Source of the DNA: Armatimonadota bacterium
GTDB taxonomy: Bacteria; Armatimonadota; SYMT01
Assembly (NCBI GenBank): GCA_041690135.1
Contig: JAWLHY010000002.1
Location: 1,008,342 to 1,072,341, forward strand
Reading direction: 5' to 3'
DNA length: 64,000 bases
Shown one piece after another: positions 53,542 through 63,918 of the stretch. The position numbers and the translations under genes are program-made. The first letter of the stretch is position 1; each line of letters opens with the position of its first letter. The notes below the pieces were generated by a model. That model saw nothing but the letters and a program-made list of their open reading frames with translations, made no database searches and was not told the origin of the DNA.

Positions 53542-55818
53542 TTACTTCTCGTCGCGCTTCCGCCGGATGTCCGCCGGGTTGATGTCCAGCGGCCGGACGA
53601 ACGGCGCTTCCAGCTTCTGGAGCGGATCGATCTGCAGGCGGCCCCGCTCGTAGTCCCGGATCTTGTCCGCGTCCTGGAAGTCCGTCACGATGTGCGGCGT
53701 CAGGAAGACCACCAGCTCCGTTCGCCCCTTGGACTTCACGGTGTTGCGGAACAGGTTGCCCAGGATCGGGATGTCGCCCAGGATCGGCACCTTCTGGATG
53801 CGCCGCTGCTCTTCGTCGCTGATGATGCCGCCCAGCACCACCGTCTGGTCATTCTGCACGATCACCGTGGTACCCGCGCGCCGGCTGGTGGTGCGGGGCG
53901 CCACCTGGTTCGGTCCCACGTTGATGAACTCGATCAGGGAGTTCACCACCTGGTCGATGTCCATCATGATGTGCTTGCCGGGCGAGATGTGCGGGGTCAC
54001 GTTGAGCGTGATCGCCACGTCCTGGAAGTCGACCGAAGTCTGCGCCACGCCCTGGGTAATCGTGGTCTCACCGGCGTAGGGAATCCGCTCGCCGATGGAG
54101 ATCAGGGCCGGGCTGTTGTCGGTCACCAGCACGTGTGGCGTGGAGACGATCCGAACCTTGTTGTCGGTCTTCAGGGCCTGCAGGGTGGCCTGGAAGTTCT
54201 CGCTCAGCACGCTGTACCGGAACCCGGTGGTATCCGCGGTGGGGGAGGTCAGGCCGAAGTTGGTGCCGAAGGCGCTGGTGCCGGCCACCGCGTTCCACTC
54301 GATCCCGAACTTCGTCTCGTCGTCCAGGGTGATGTCGGCGATGATGACCTCGATGAACACCTGCGGCAGGCGACGGTCGAGACCTTCATCCTCGCGGAGC
54401 AGCTCTTCGATAACGGCGAACGTCTGGGCCGGCCCGCTGATCAGGAGCTGGTTCGTCTGGTCGTTCGGCACGATCGTTACCTGGCGCAGGAGGTCCAGCG
54501 GGCTACCCGGTGGGATCTGATTCCGGCCGGCCCCGAAGAGGCTGAACCCGAAGCCGCCCTGCTGCTGCGTGCCCAGGAAGAGGTTGCGGAGGGTGGTGGC
54601 CACCTCGCTGGCGATGGCGTTCTTCAAGCTGAACACCCGTACCACGTCCTTCACCTGCGACGGGCGGTCGAGCTGCTTCACCAGCTTCTCCAGGTTCTCG
54701 ATGCCGTCGATCGGCGCGGTTACCACGAGGCTGTTGGTCCGCACGTCGGGCACCACCCGGTAGTCCTGCAGACCGCGCTCGTTATTGCTGCCGCCTCTAC
54801 CGAAACCGAAGAAGCTAAAGCGGCCACCCGTGGCGTTGGGGTCCAGCACCTGGTTGAGCTGCTCGGCCAGCCCGGTCGGGTCGGCGTACTCCAGCTCGAT
54901 GATGCGGTACTCGGTGCGCGGCGCCAGGTTCACGTCGATCTGCTCGATGATCGACTTAACGCTCTTGATGTTGGCGGGGTTCGCATACACCAGCAGGGCG
55001 TTGGCCCGCTGGTCGGCGGCGAACCGGACGCGCCCGCGGAGTTGGGAAAGGGCCCCCGGCTGCTGCGCCTGCGGCTGGTTGCGATCGCCTCCCTGAGGCT
55101 GGGCGCGGTTCTCGTCCGGCCGGAAGAGCTCCGTCATATAGCGGGAGACCTCCGAGGCGTCCGCGTACTGGAGCTTGATCACCTCCAGGTTCACCTCATC
55201 GGAGATGTCGCGGTCCACGTGCGCGATCAACTGCGCCATCCGGCGCACGTTATCGGCCTCGTCCACCACGATCAGCGAGTTGGTGTCGGCATTTGCCATG
55301 ATCACCCCGCCGCCCGCCGCGAACAGCGGTTGGAGGTCGGTGCGGAGCCGGGCGGCATCCACGGTGGTGAGCGGGAAGATGTGGGTGATGATCTCCTTGC
55401 CTTCCGGGATGCCCGCCAGGTCCTTGCCGGCGGTCACCTTGGTGCTCCGCTTCCGGAGCGCTTCCGGCGTCGTCGTGACGATCAGGGCGTCCTCGGTCGT
55501 GACGAGGGCGAATCCCTTGAGGGAGAGGATCGTCTGGACCAGCTTGATGGCGTCGAGGACGGAGATCTGGTTCTGGTTGCGGATGGTCACCGTCGTGCTG
55601 ACGGTTGGGTCCTTGAAGATGATCTTGCCGCTGGCGTCGGCCAGGAACCGCAGCACGTCATCGATATCCGCCTGCTGGAAGCTGAAGGCGATGCGCTGGT
55701 TCGGATCGGCCTTCTTGGGCACGATCACCGTGGTCGCCTGGGCGCCCGCGGGGCGCGAGACGACCACACCCCCTACGGCGATCGCCAGGGAGGCGAGAAG
55801 TATTACGTATCGTTTCAT
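53542..55818 (-). CDS. gspD: Type II secretion system secretin GspD
   Basis: Signal peptide, N0 and N-domain repeats (ADQRANALLV, PDVRTNSLVV), QVFIEVII, KVPILGDIPILGNLFR, ELVVFLTPHIV. Confidence 0.93.
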   Translation of the reverse strand: MKRYVILLASLAIAVGGVVVSRPAGAQATTVIVPKKADPNQRIAFSFQQADIDDVLRFLADASGKIIFKDPTVSTTVTIRNQNQISVLDAIKLVQTILSLKGFALVTTEDALIVTTTPEALRKRSTKVTAGKDLAGIPEGKEIITHIFPLTTVDAARLRTDLQPLFAAGGGVIMANADTNSLIVVDEADNVRRMAQLIAHVDRDISDEVNLEVIKLQYADASEVSRYMTELFRPDENRAQPQGGDRNQPQAQQPGALSQLRGRVRFAADQRANALLVYANPANIKSVKSIIEQIDVNLAPRTEYRIIELEYADPTGLAEQLNQVLDPNATGGRFSFFGFGRGGSNNERGLQDYRVVPDVRTNSLVVTAPIDGIENLEKLVKQLDRPSQVKDVVRVFSLKNAIASEVATTLRNLFLGTQQQGGFGFSLFGAGRNQIPPGSPLDLLRQVTIVPNDQTNQLLISGPAQTFAVIEELLREDEGLDRRLPQVFIEVIIADITLDDETKFGIEWNAVAGTSAFGTNFGLTSPTADTTGFRYSVLSENFQATLQALKTDNKVRIVSTPHVLVTDNSPALISIGERIPYAGETTITQGVAQTSVDFQDVAITLNVTPHISPGKHIMMDIDQVVNSLIEFINVGPNQVAPRTTSRRAGTTVIVQNDQTVVLGGIISDEEQRRIQKVPILGDIPILGNLFRNTVKSKGRTELVVFLTPHIVTDFQDADKIRDYERGRLQIDPLQKLEAPFVRPLDINPADIRRKRDEK

Positions 55819-55859
55819 GCGTGAGCTGATGATCAGGTTGGCAGTTTGGGTCGAAGCGA

Positions 55860-57056
55860 TTAGCGGCCGTAGGACAGGGACCGGCTGCTGGAACTGGAGT
55901 TGCGACCCCGCGAGTTGGTGTCTTGTCCGAATGTCAGGCCGGAAGTGTTGCCGCTGCGCCGCGTGGTCTGTGGATTGGTAATGGGTTGGGGCGCCTCCTG
56001 AGCCTGGCTGCCGCTGCTCAGTCGGGCCCCGTTCCGGCGCGCCGTCTGCGGGTTGGAGGTGGAAGTCGCGCCTGCGGAGGTGAACTGGCTGGAACTGCGG
56101 CTGCTGCCGCCGTATCCGCCGAAACCGCCGAACCCTCCAAAGCCGCCGTAACTCGAGCCGTAGCGGGATCCGCTATAGCGAGAGCTGCTGTACCGGGAGC
56201 TGTCCCGGCCCCGGTCGTCGTCCCGGCCCCGGTCACTGCTGGAGCTATAGCTGCTGCTACGGTAGCTGCTGCCGCGGTCGCTGCCCCGGTCTCCCCAACT
56301 TCCGCCGGAGGAGCCGAAGCGGCTGCGGAAGGCCGCCATCCGGCTGGCGAAGTCGCCTCCGCCAAAGGGAGAGCCGCCGCCGGGAAATCCGCGGAAGCCG
56401 TCGCGCCCCCGTTCGCCGCGCTCTCCGCCGCCGAACGGGTTGAATCCGCCTTCCTCACCCGTACCGCCGTCGGACGAGGCCGCCGCATAACTGGTAGCCA
56501 GTTGCTTCTCACCCAGGCGCAGTTGGTACTCATCGCTGCCCCGAGCCAGGGTAACGGCGTCGGCGCCGATTTTGCGGACCGTAAACCCGAAGGCCGTCCC
56601 GCCTACCGGGACCACCTCGCGCTGCTGGTTGGTCAGGTCGACCAGCCACGCCTGATCGGTCTCGTCCTCGCGGGTGAGGCCGAACAGGACCAGGTTCTTC
56701 ACCGGATCCTCGGGAGCGGCCGGAGTGGGGGCTGGGCTCGGTGAGGGAACCGGAGCTCTCTGGGGGCGCTGGGATGAGTTCGCGGCAACACTACGGGCAA
56801 GACCCGCCTGCGAACTCGCTCGCGGCTGGTCCACGTGTGCCGCCGGGGTGCGCCGCGCGGGCCGTCCCGCGGGTGCGGTGAGTGGCGCCGCCTCGGCCGA
56901 AACCGCCTCGAGCCGTTCCGCAAGCTCGCGGATCTGCCGGGGGTCCGTCCCTTTGTATTCGGGTTGGGACATGAACAGGTTACCGGCCCAGGCAACCCCG
57001 GCGCAAAGGATGCCGGCGGAAGCCATCAGGGCGATCTGGGGAGGCAGGCTGCGCAT
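55860..57056 (-). CDS. T2SS-associated protein with GspC-HR/PilP-like domain and long Gly/Ser/Arg-rich tail
   Basis: N-terminal hydrophobic segment; LVLFGL..AWL..VPVGGTAFGFTVRKIGADAVTL; operon position. Confidence 0.6.
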   Translation of the reverse strand: MRSLPPQIALMASAGILCAGVAWAGNLFMSQPEYKGTDPRQIRELAERLEAVSAEAAPLTAPAGRPARRTPAAHVDQPRASSQAGLARSVAANSSQRPQRAPVPSPSPAPTPAAPEDPVKNLVLFGLTREDETDQAWLVDLTNQQREVVPVGGTAFGFTVRKIGADAVTLARGSDEYQLRLGEKQLATSYAAASSDGGTGEEGGFNPFGGGERGERGRDGFRGFPGGGSPFGGGDFASRMAAFRSRFGSSGGSWGDRGSDRGSSYRSSSYSSSSDRGRDDDRGRDSSRYSSSRYSGSRYGSSYGGFGGFGGFGGYGGSSRSSSQFTSAGATSTSNPQTARRNGARLSSGSQAQEAPQPITNPQTTRRSGNTSGLTFGQDTNSRGRNSSSSSRSLSYGR

Positions 57057-57068
57057 CGTAGGGTCCTC

Positions 57069-57953
57069 CTACTTCTTCTCGGCCTCGGCGCGGGAAGTCA
57101 TGAACTTCTTCAACCGCTCGTACCGATCCGGCTCCAATTGGGCTTTGATCTCTTCCAGCTTCTTCAGGCGCTCCGTCCAGGTGGGCAGGCTGAACAGGGA
57201 AGCGGTGGTGAACCCGCCTTCCGAGCCGCGCTCTTCCCGGCGTTCGCCGCGGTCTCCCCGGCCGAAGCTGCCGCGGTCCCGGCGATCCCCGCCGCCGCTG
57301 AACCCGGATGCCGAGGCCACGCTGGTGCTGCCCGGTCCCTCGATGGCGACCGCGGTGCTCATGGCAAGCTTTTCCGTCTTGCCGTCGCGCGAAAGGGAGA
57401 CCTCACTCTCCTGGATTTCTTCGATCTTGAATCCGTAGGCGTCCTCGCCTTTGGCCAGGTAGCGGCTCTCTCCCGTCGAAGTCCGCTTCAGCAGGACCTT
57501 GGTCTCGTTGTCCAGTTGCACTACGCCGAGCATTTGGAGGTCCGCCAGGCCGGTGGCGGTGGGTGTCGGGGTGGGTGTTGGAGTTTCGGTGGATGCGGCG
57601 GGGGAGTTGCTGCCCGAAGTGGGCGCGTTCGACGCCGGGGGAGTGTTCGTGATCGGAGGCAGGACCGGCGCCGTGGCGAGCGAACCCCCCCGCGCCCGGG
57701 GATCCTTGCGCGCGACCAGCGGCGTGAACAACTCGCGCACCTGGGGCCGGCCCACGAAGGCGAGCAGTTCGGGAGCCGTAGCCGCACGGCGGCCCTCCGC
57801 ACGCCCGTCTTCCGTGTTCCGGGCGAGTGGTTTCGCCAGTGGCGGTAAATCGGCGGGCTTCGCCAGCAGTTGCGCCCCCACCAGCAGCACCACCGCTCCA
57901 CCGGCGGTGGCCAGGAGGACTCCTTTCAGGTTCATCGGCTTGTTCCCGGCCAT
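57069..57953 (-). CDS. T2SS-associated protein with GspC-HR/PilP-like domain
   Basis: N-terminal TM; LQMLGVV..VLL..LAKGEDAYGFKIEEIQESEVSL; operon position. Confidence 0.6.
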   Translation of the reverse strand: MAGNKPMNLKGVLLATAGGAVVLLVGAQLLAKPADLPPLAKPLARNTEDGRAEGRRAATAPELLAFVGRPQVRELFTPLVARKDPRARGGSLATAPVLPPITNTPPASNAPTSGSNSPAASTETPTPTPTPTATGLADLQMLGVVQLDNETKVLLKRTSTGESRYLAKGEDAYGFKIEEIQESEVSLSRDGKTEKLAMSTAVAIEGPGSTSVASASGFSGGGDRRDRGSFGRGDRGERREERGSEGGFTTASLFSLPTWTERLKKLEEIKAQLEPDRYERLKKFMTSRAEAEKK

Positions 57954-58532
57954 TTACCCCTTCGCCTCTCTCTTGGACTTTTGCTGGATCACGACCGCGT
58001 AGCTCGCGATCACCATGGATCCCTGAATCTTAGACTTAGACGTCTCGTCCGTGCTGGCGGTGATGGAAAGTCTTTCGACCTTCAACTGCGGACGCGCCGC
58101 CTCCAGCTCACTCAGAAAGTCGTGGAGTGCTTCGAGCGATCCGGAGAACTGGAGCGAGACCGCACTGCGCTGGTAGCTCTCCTCACGCCGTGGCGTCATC
58201 CCTTCCACCCGGCTGACGGCGAGGCGGGCGTAGGCGGGAAGCGACTCCACCTGGATCTGCATGCGCGGGGTCTGCTCGTTCAGTGCGTGCGGGTCCGGGT
58301 AGATCGTCGCCTTCTCCTCCAGCTTTCGCATCGCCTGGACGGCGTCGGCGGCGTCCTTAACCCCGTCGTCGATCTCCCGGATCTTCGCTTCCTTCGCCCG
58401 AATGCCATCCTCAAGACTCTGCCAGTAGTCCATCGCCGGGAAGCCGGCGACCATCAGGAAGCCGATGGCGCCGAGACTGATCGCCAGGAAGCGCAGGGCG
58501 CGGCGATCGTTTTCCGAAAGGTTGGCCATCAT
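57954..58532 (-). CDS. GspM/PilO-like protein
   Basis: LSENDRRAL plus TM, coiled coil, VSLQFSGSLEALHDFLSELE; ATGA overlap with the upstream gene. Confidence 0.75.
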   Translation of the reverse strand: MMANLSENDRRALRFLAISLGAIGFLMVAGFPAMDYWQSLEDGIRAKEAKIREIDDGVKDAADAVQAMRKLEEKATIYPDPHALNEQTPRMQIQVESLPAYARLAVSRVEGMTPRREESYQRSAVSLQFSGSLEALHDFLSELEAARPQLKVERLSITASTDETSKSKIQGSMVIASYAVVIQQKSKREAKG

Positions 58533-60091
58533 TGGCGGGCCCCCGTTCGCGTGCTCCGGCGGCGGCTGCGCTTGACTTCCTCCGGCCGCAGCCGGCAAGT
58601 CATCTGGAAGCCCCACACCGGAACGCTGTTGATCGCCTCTTCCGTCTGGTAATCAAGGGTTACTTCGTCGAACAACGGCTTGTTTTCTCGTCTCTGGCGC
58701 AGGAGGGCAATCACGGCCCGCTGGGGACCGCTGGGGTGCAGGGAATAGCCCCGGATCACACTGCCCGTTCCCGCGTTGTAGCTAAGTTCCGCCAGCCAGG
58801 TACCCTCGGGCAACTGGCGACTGAGAGTGGCGATCAGGTGAGCCGCCGGTACTCTTGCGGCTGCCTGCGCCTGCACCGCTTCATCGGCTGCCTTCAGATC
58901 CGCGGGCGACATCAGGGCCGCCGCAGAGATGCCCCGCCGCTCCGCCAGTTGCTGGTCGAGGTAGGCCAGCTTGCGATTCTGCTGGGACACGGCGCCGGCG
59001 AACACGAGACCCACCGCCGCCACCGCCGCGCCGGCGAGTGCTCCCCAGGAAATGCGGGTCTGGCGTCGCTGCTCGATCTCTCGTGCCACGGTGACCCGAG
59101 CGGGGGTGAGATTGAGCGAGATCACTGCCGCGCCGGCCGCCTGGAGCGCGCAGCCGTAGGCCACGGCAAACAGGCCGCTCTCCCCGCCGTCTCCCGTGCT
59201 CGCCGCGGCCGGCGCGCCCAGGATCGTGGGGGTGAGGTCGAGGCGGTCGGCCAGATGCCACTCGGCTCCGCTGCGGGTCGCTCCCTCACCGCATAAGTAG
59301 AGACGCTGGACGGTCAGCCCTCGTTCATAAGAAAGCGCCTGGAGGGCGAAACGCACGGGCTGTGCCACGGAAGCGATCCAGCCGGGCGCGGTTAGGGACG
59401 AGGGCGCCGTGGCGATTGCCGCCCCGCCGCTACTGGCCACTCCGGCGCCTACCGGCGTCCGCTCGGCTTCCGCCGCCGCGTGGGCTTCGCCGCAGCCTGC
59501 GGAGAAGAATTGGGTGGTCACCACCTTGCCGCGCTCCAGGACGAGCAACTCGCTGCTGTCGCGCTCGATGCGGAGCACCGCGCAGGTGTCGTCCCGCTCC
59601 GAAGACGGCAGGGTCTGGATCAGGCTCACGAGCGAGGCGGCGGTAACGGTTACCTGGGCCGAGAGCCACGGCATGCAGTTGACCCGCCGTAGGGCCTCCT
59701 GCACCGTGGTGAGCCGGGCGGCGGCCACCAGCACTTCCAGTCGCGATTGCTCGTTCATTCCCAGGACGTGGTGGGAAAGCGCGAGCTCCTCTCCCGAGAG
59801 GGGCATGGCCGATTCTGCTTCCAGCGCTACCACCCGGTCCAGGTTGTCTTCCGTGGTCGGGGGAAGACTCAGGATCCGAACGGCGGCCTTCTCCAGCGGA
59901 ATCGCACACACGACCGCGGCGGGTCGGCGGGGGAGGGCGCGCAGCACGCGGGTGAGCTCCTCCGCGCTGTGGACCGTCCGCGCGGTGTGCAGCGTATGCC
60001 CGGCGGGGTCCGCCTCCGCGTTCTCCAGCACGGCGAGGCGCATCTCCTCCCCGGCCAGCTCAATGCCTATAGTAAGCCTGCTTTTAGCCAT
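58529..60091 (-). CDS. GspL-like / PilM-PilN fusion protein
   Basis: IGIEL actin-like start, AVAYGCALQ, LNLTP, TM, LSRQLPEGTWLAELSY PilN-like domain. Confidence 0.75.
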   Translation of the reverse strand: MAKSRLTIGIELAGEEMRLAVLENAEADPAGHTLHTARTVHSAEELTRVLRALPRRPAAVVCAIPLEKAAVRILSLPPTTEDNLDRVVALEAESAMPLSGEELALSHHVLGMNEQSRLEVLVAAARLTTVQEALRRVNCMPWLSAQVTVTAASLVSLIQTLPSSERDDTCAVLRIERDSSELLVLERGKVVTTQFFSAGCGEAHAAAEAERTPVGAGVASSGGAAIATAPSSLTAPGWIASVAQPVRFALQALSYERGLTVQRLYLCGEGATRSGAEWHLADRLDLTPTILGAPAAASTGDGGESGLFAVAYGCALQAAGAAVISLNLTPARVTVAREIEQRRQTRISWGALAGAAVAAVGLVFAGAVSQQNRKLAYLDQQLAERRGISAAALMSPADLKAADEAVQAQAAARVPAAHLIATLSRQLPEGTWLAELSYNAGTGSVIRGYSLHPSGPQRAVIALLRQRRENKPLFDEVTLDYQTEEAINSVPVWGFQMTCRLRPEEVKRSRRRSTRTGARQ

Positions 60092-60099
60092 TAGACTGT

Positions 60100-61809
60100 C
60101 TAATTATCCTGTCGCAACCGCGCGATGCGGCAGCGGCCGGTGCTGCGGTCGATGACCGCCGTAAGATGCACCGCGATATCGCGCGGCACGGTGAACCCTT
60201 CGGGGGTGCGGGCCACGCCCAGTGCCCGCACGGTGAAACTGTCGCTGATGACGGTGACTCTTTCAATGACGGCGTTGAAGATCGCGGGGGTCACTTCCTG
60301 CACGAGTAGCAGGTCGCCGCGGCTCATGAACGGGGCGGACTCCCGGCGAGCCACAATGGCCTGAACGATCTCCTCTGTCATCTGCGGCAGGGTGATCAAC
60401 ACTTCCGCCGGCGCGGTGTTGAGGTTGACCGCGCCTTCCATCGGTTCCGGCGCCTCGCCGGTGGCCGCTCCGGTTTCCGCCGAGCCGGTCTCCGGGGCAC
60501 CTCCTGGCGGATTTGTCCCGGTCCCTCCGGGAGGGGTTCCCGGTGCCTGGGCCAGGCGAATGCCGAAGCCGGCGCCCGATGCCGGATAGGCAGAGGGCAC
60601 GATCTCGAACTGCAACTGCTGGCTTCGGGGCCCACCTCCGCCGCCGCCAGGACTACCTCCACCGGGTTGGCCGCCGCCCGGCCGTCCGCCACCGCCGCCC
60701 GGCCGCCCGCCGCCCCCCGGTTGACCGCCGCCTCCACCGGGTCCGCCGGTCCCGCCGCTACCGCCTGCCTGATCCCCACCCTGGCCGGTAGCGGAGGTCG
60801 CTCCGTCGTTCGGCAGGGTCAGCACATCCGCGAGCAGGCGGACCGCATCCCGGTTGTTGTTGACGGCCCCCCAGACCTGGGACCAGTTGTTCACATTCCG
60901 GTTGCCGGCGATGCGCACGGCAGCATCAACGGGGTTACCCCCCGCCGGTGCTGCCTGTCCCCCCTGCTGCCCGGGCTGCGCCGGCTGGGGGGTGGTGGTG
61001 CCCGCGGCGGATTCGCCGGAGAGGATCTCGTAAACCGCCTCGAGCCGCTCCTGAAGCACTTCCCGCTCGAGCCCGTCCATCTGGAGGCGAGGCTGGCCGT
61101 CCGCGGCGATGTGCCGGGCGCGGGCGCCGACGGTCAACCGCTCGGAGAGCAGGGGCATCTCTTCCGTCGCTTCGGTCTGCTGGGCGGCGGCGTTCTGTAA
61201 TTGTGCCCAGTCGCGGCGGAACTGCTCCGCGGGGCTGAAGCGCTCGTTCCAGTTAGCGGTACCGTAGAGGAGATCGGGGGTGAAGGTCTCCAGGGTCAGC
61301 AGGTCGCTCAATGAGCGGAACAGAGTTTGGGAGGTGGTCTCCGTCGCGGTTTCGGACGTCGTTTCCCCGGTCGCTCCGGCCGTGCGGTAATCCAGGATCG
61401 CCTGCACCTGTTCTTCCGAGAGGTCGGTGATCTTGGCCAGCTCCTCCTCCGTGGCCTCATTGAGGTCCACGCGGGAGCAGTTGTCGGTGGCAAGCACCAT
61501 GTACTGGTATTGCTCCGCCTCTGGGGAAATCAACTCGTCGTCCGAGTTGAGCGTTTCCCAGGTCTGGCCCGGCGCGGTGTAAAACTCGGTCGGCTCGTCC
61601 AGTTCGGCCGCCAGCCGCTCGATGCCGGAAAGCGCCGAGTAATAGGCGCGCGCCTGGCTATCGGACATGCTGGTGCCCTGCGTCGCCATCTGGGTATCGT
61701 AAGCCAGTCCCAGGGAGACGACCACCAGGATCACGAGCAACCAGAGCACGACGGCCAGGACGGCCCCACGGCGGCGTATGCGGTTGTGACGGGACGTTCT
61801 GGCGTGCAT
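60100..61809 (-). CDS. gspK: Type II secretion minor pseudopilin GspK
   Basis: RRRGAVLAVVLWLL, RAYYSALSG, RVDLNEA, VNLNTAPAEVL, SDSFTVRALG. Confidence 0.85.
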   Translation of the reverse strand: MHARTSRHNRIRRRGAVLAVVLWLLVILVVVSLGLAYDTQMATQGTSMSDSQARAYYSALSGIERLAAELDEPTEFYTAPGQTWETLNSDDELISPEAEQYQYMVLATDNCSRVDLNEATEEELAKITDLSEEQVQAILDYRTAGATGETTSETATETTSQTLFRSLSDLLTLETFTPDLLYGTANWNERFSPAEQFRRDWAQLQNAAAQQTEATEEMPLLSERLTVGARARHIAADGQPRLQMDGLEREVLQERLEAVYEILSGESAAGTTTPQPAQPGQQGGQAAPAGGNPVDAAVRIAGNRNVNNWSQVWGAVNNNRDAVRLLADVLTLPNDGATSATGQGGDQAGGSGGTGGPGGGGGQPGGGGRPGGGGGRPGGGQPGGGSPGGGGGGPRSQQLQFEIVPSAYPASGAGFGIRLAQAPGTPPGGTGTNPPGGAPETGSAETGAATGEAPEPMEGAVNLNTAPAEVLITLPQMTEEIVQAIVARRESAPFMSRGDLLLVQEVTPAIFNAVIERVTVISDSFTVRALGVARTPEGFTVPRDIAVHLTAVIDRSTGRCRIARLRQDN

Positions 61810-61815
61810 TCCTGG

Positions 61816-62511
61816 CTAGAGGGACTCCGCGGACTCGGCTTCTGCCGCCGCGTTGGCTTCGTCGGTTTCAAACTGTGCGGACGGTAACTGGAAGGTCCAG
61901 CTCTCCACGCGGTCCTCTTCCTCGGCGGACCTGTTCTCCAGCACCAGGTCGATCCGGATGGCCGCCGGGAGACCGACCTCGCCGTCCCAGGTTTCGACCC
62001 AGTTCTGCTGGGAACTGCTGTAGAAGAGATAGCTCGCCTGTACCACCCCCGGCAGCAGAACGAAGGCGCGTTCCGGCTCGCCGGTGGTTCCGCTGGTCGC
62101 GTCGGGTACGGGGTAGGGGGTCTCGTAACGCCAGAGGCCGGTCCGACCGGTCTGCGGGTCTTCGGCGACCGCGTACTGGATCAGGGTCGTCTCGTTGGCG
62201 GCGCGCCCCGCGAGGAGCGGCTCCCCTACAATAGACGCCAGTTGCAGCACGTTGTTTGCCGTGCCTGCGGACGTGGCCGACAGTCCGAACTGCAGCCCGG
62301 AGTCGTCGGGCGGCACCGTGGCGCTGTGGAGGTCCCGGCTGATCGCTTCGTAGGCGCGCTGCAGGGCCGCGGCCTCGCTGGCCCGCTCCCGGAGACGGTC
62401 ACGGCTGCGGGTGGTCGTCGAGAACACCTGCGCCGCCAGGAACAGCAACATGGAGGCCAGGCCGGCGGCCACGAGGAGCTCGATCAGGGTGTAACCCCGC
62501 CGTCGTCTCAC
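61816..62511 (-). CDS. Type II secretion minor pseudopilin GspJ-like
   Basis: RRGYTLIELL, ISRDLHSA, WVETWD..LPAAIRIDL. Confidence 0.8.
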   Translation of the reverse strand: MRRRRGYTLIELLVAAGLASMLLFLAAQVFSTTTRSRDRLRERASEAAALQRAYEAISRDLHSATVPPDDSGLQFGLSATSAGTANNVLQLASIVGEPLLAGRAANETTLIQYAVAEDPQTGRTGLWRYETPYPVPDATSGTTGEPERAFVLLPGVVQASYLFYSSSQQNWVETWDGEVGLPAAIRIDLVLENRSAEEEDRVESWTFQLPSAQFETDEANAAAEAESAESL

Positions 62512-62951
62512 AGTGTCGCGCCTCCCGCGCCGGTCGGGCTCGGGCTCTCCGTCCCGGTCGTCCCGGTTCCGGTTGTGGTGCCGGTCTCGGTCGGCGGGTT
62601 GAGGTCGGGGCGCCGCAGCATGGTGAGCACCACCTGTTCCGAGGTGACCCGGTTGCGTGCCACCACCGTGATGAGCATCAGGGTGGGATGCTGACTCTGC
62701 TCGATACTGGCTTCCCAGTCGTAGTCCGTACCGGTATCCACGCCCTCGCCGCGATCCGTTCCGACTTGCAGGAGCGGCTCCTTCAGGATCTCGTCCATCT
62801 TGGAACGGGCGAAAAGCATGGCCCGGGCATGGTCCTCCACGCGGCGGCTGGTGGCGGCGGAGCGTGCCACCACTTCCAGCGCCCCCAGGAGGCCGATGGC
62901 GAGGACGGCCGCGGCCACGAGGATCTCCAGCATGGTGATCCCGCGTCTCAT
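62508..62951 (-). CDS. Type II secretion minor pseudopilin GspI-like
   Basis: RRGITMLEILVA; position between H and J. Confidence 0.78.
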   Translation of the reverse strand: MRRGITMLEILVAAAVLAIGLLGALEVVARSAATSRRVEDHARAMLFARSKMDEILKEPLLQVGTDRGEGVDTGTDYDWEASIEQSQHPTLMLITVVARNRVTSEQVVLTMLRRPDLNPPTETGTTTGTGTTGTESPSPTGAGGATL

Positions 62952-63475
62952 TGCCGCAGTTCTTCCTCGGTCATTTCCCGGATCTCTCCCGTAAAGCCGT
63001 CTACCCGCAGTCCGCGCTGCTTGCCCTGGCTGTCTTCGAGCACGATGGTAGCGTTATCGCTGCGGCCTTCCGGATAGAACGTGAGCGGTTGCTCCGTCCC
63101 GGCGACCTGGTTCCCACTCTCATAGCCCAGCGGGGCCACGTTCCATTCCAACACCCTGACATCCTGGTGCAGCCGGTCCCGCAGTACGGGCGCCGGTGTT
63201 TGTTGGGCCCCCGCGTCCTGCAGTTCCAAAGTCTCGGGCCGGAACGGCTGCACGGTGATCTCCCGGGTCTCGGTGTCCAGGAAAAGCTGGTGCCGGAGAC
63301 CTGTCGAGAGGGCTCGCTGTCGCGAGTACGTCACGTCCGCACGCACGGCATCCGCGGCCGCGTCCAACCGCGCGCGGATGCCGTGCTCGATGAAGCGCGG
63401 CATCACGATCATCGAGAAAAGCGCCAGGATGGTGAGCACCACGAGGAGCTCGGTCAGGGTGTGGCCACGCCTCAC
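62948..63475 (-). CDS. Type II secretion minor pseudopilin GspH/FimT-like
   Basis: RRGHTLTELLVVL, LTFYPEGRS, VDGFTGEI. Confidence 0.8.
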   Translation of the reverse strand: MRRGHTLTELLVVLTILALFSMIVMPRFIEHGIRARLDAAADAVRADVTYSRQRALSTGLRHQLFLDTETREITVQPFRPETLELQDAGAQQTPAPVLRDRLHQDVRVLEWNVAPLGYESGNQVAGTEQPLTFYPEGRSDNATIVLEDSQGKQRGLRVDGFTGEIREMTEEELRQ

Positions 63476-63909
63476 TGCTCGGTCTGAAGACTATCGATAT
63501 CGGCGTCGTCGCCGCTGCCGCCCTCACGCCCGTCTTTGCCCAGCGAGATGATGATGAATTCTTCGTCGTTCGGGCCGGGCGACTCGTAGATGTAGTCGTT
63601 GCCCCACGGGTCCTTCGGGATGGCATCGAGGAGCTTCTTCCAACTCCGGGGCTTCGGGGAGGAAGTCGGCTCGATCATCAGCGCCTCCAGGCCTTGCTCC
63701 GTAGAGGGCGGCTGGCCGTTATCGAGGGCATACATCTGCAGCGACGTGCGGAAGTTCGCGATCTGCGTCCGGGCCGCCTTGACCTTGGCCTCTTCTGACC
63801 GGCTGAGGAACCTGGGAAGCACGATGCCGGCGAGCAAAGCCAGGATCACGAGGACCACGAGAAGTTCGATCAGGGTGAAGCCGCGCCGGCTTCGAATTCG
63901 CTTGCTCAT
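63472..63909 (-). CDS. gspG: Type II secretion major pseudopilin GspG
   Basis: [54 protein letters not shown]. Confidence 0.95.
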   Translation of the reverse strand: MSKRIRSRRGFTLIELLVVLVILALLAGIVLPRFLSRSEEAKVKAARTQIANFRTSLQMYALDNGQPPSTEQGLEALMIEPTSSPKPRSWKKLLDAIPKDPWGNDYIYESPGPNDEEFIIISLGKDGREGGSGDDADIDSLQTEQ

Positions 63910-63918
63910 ATTTGCTCC

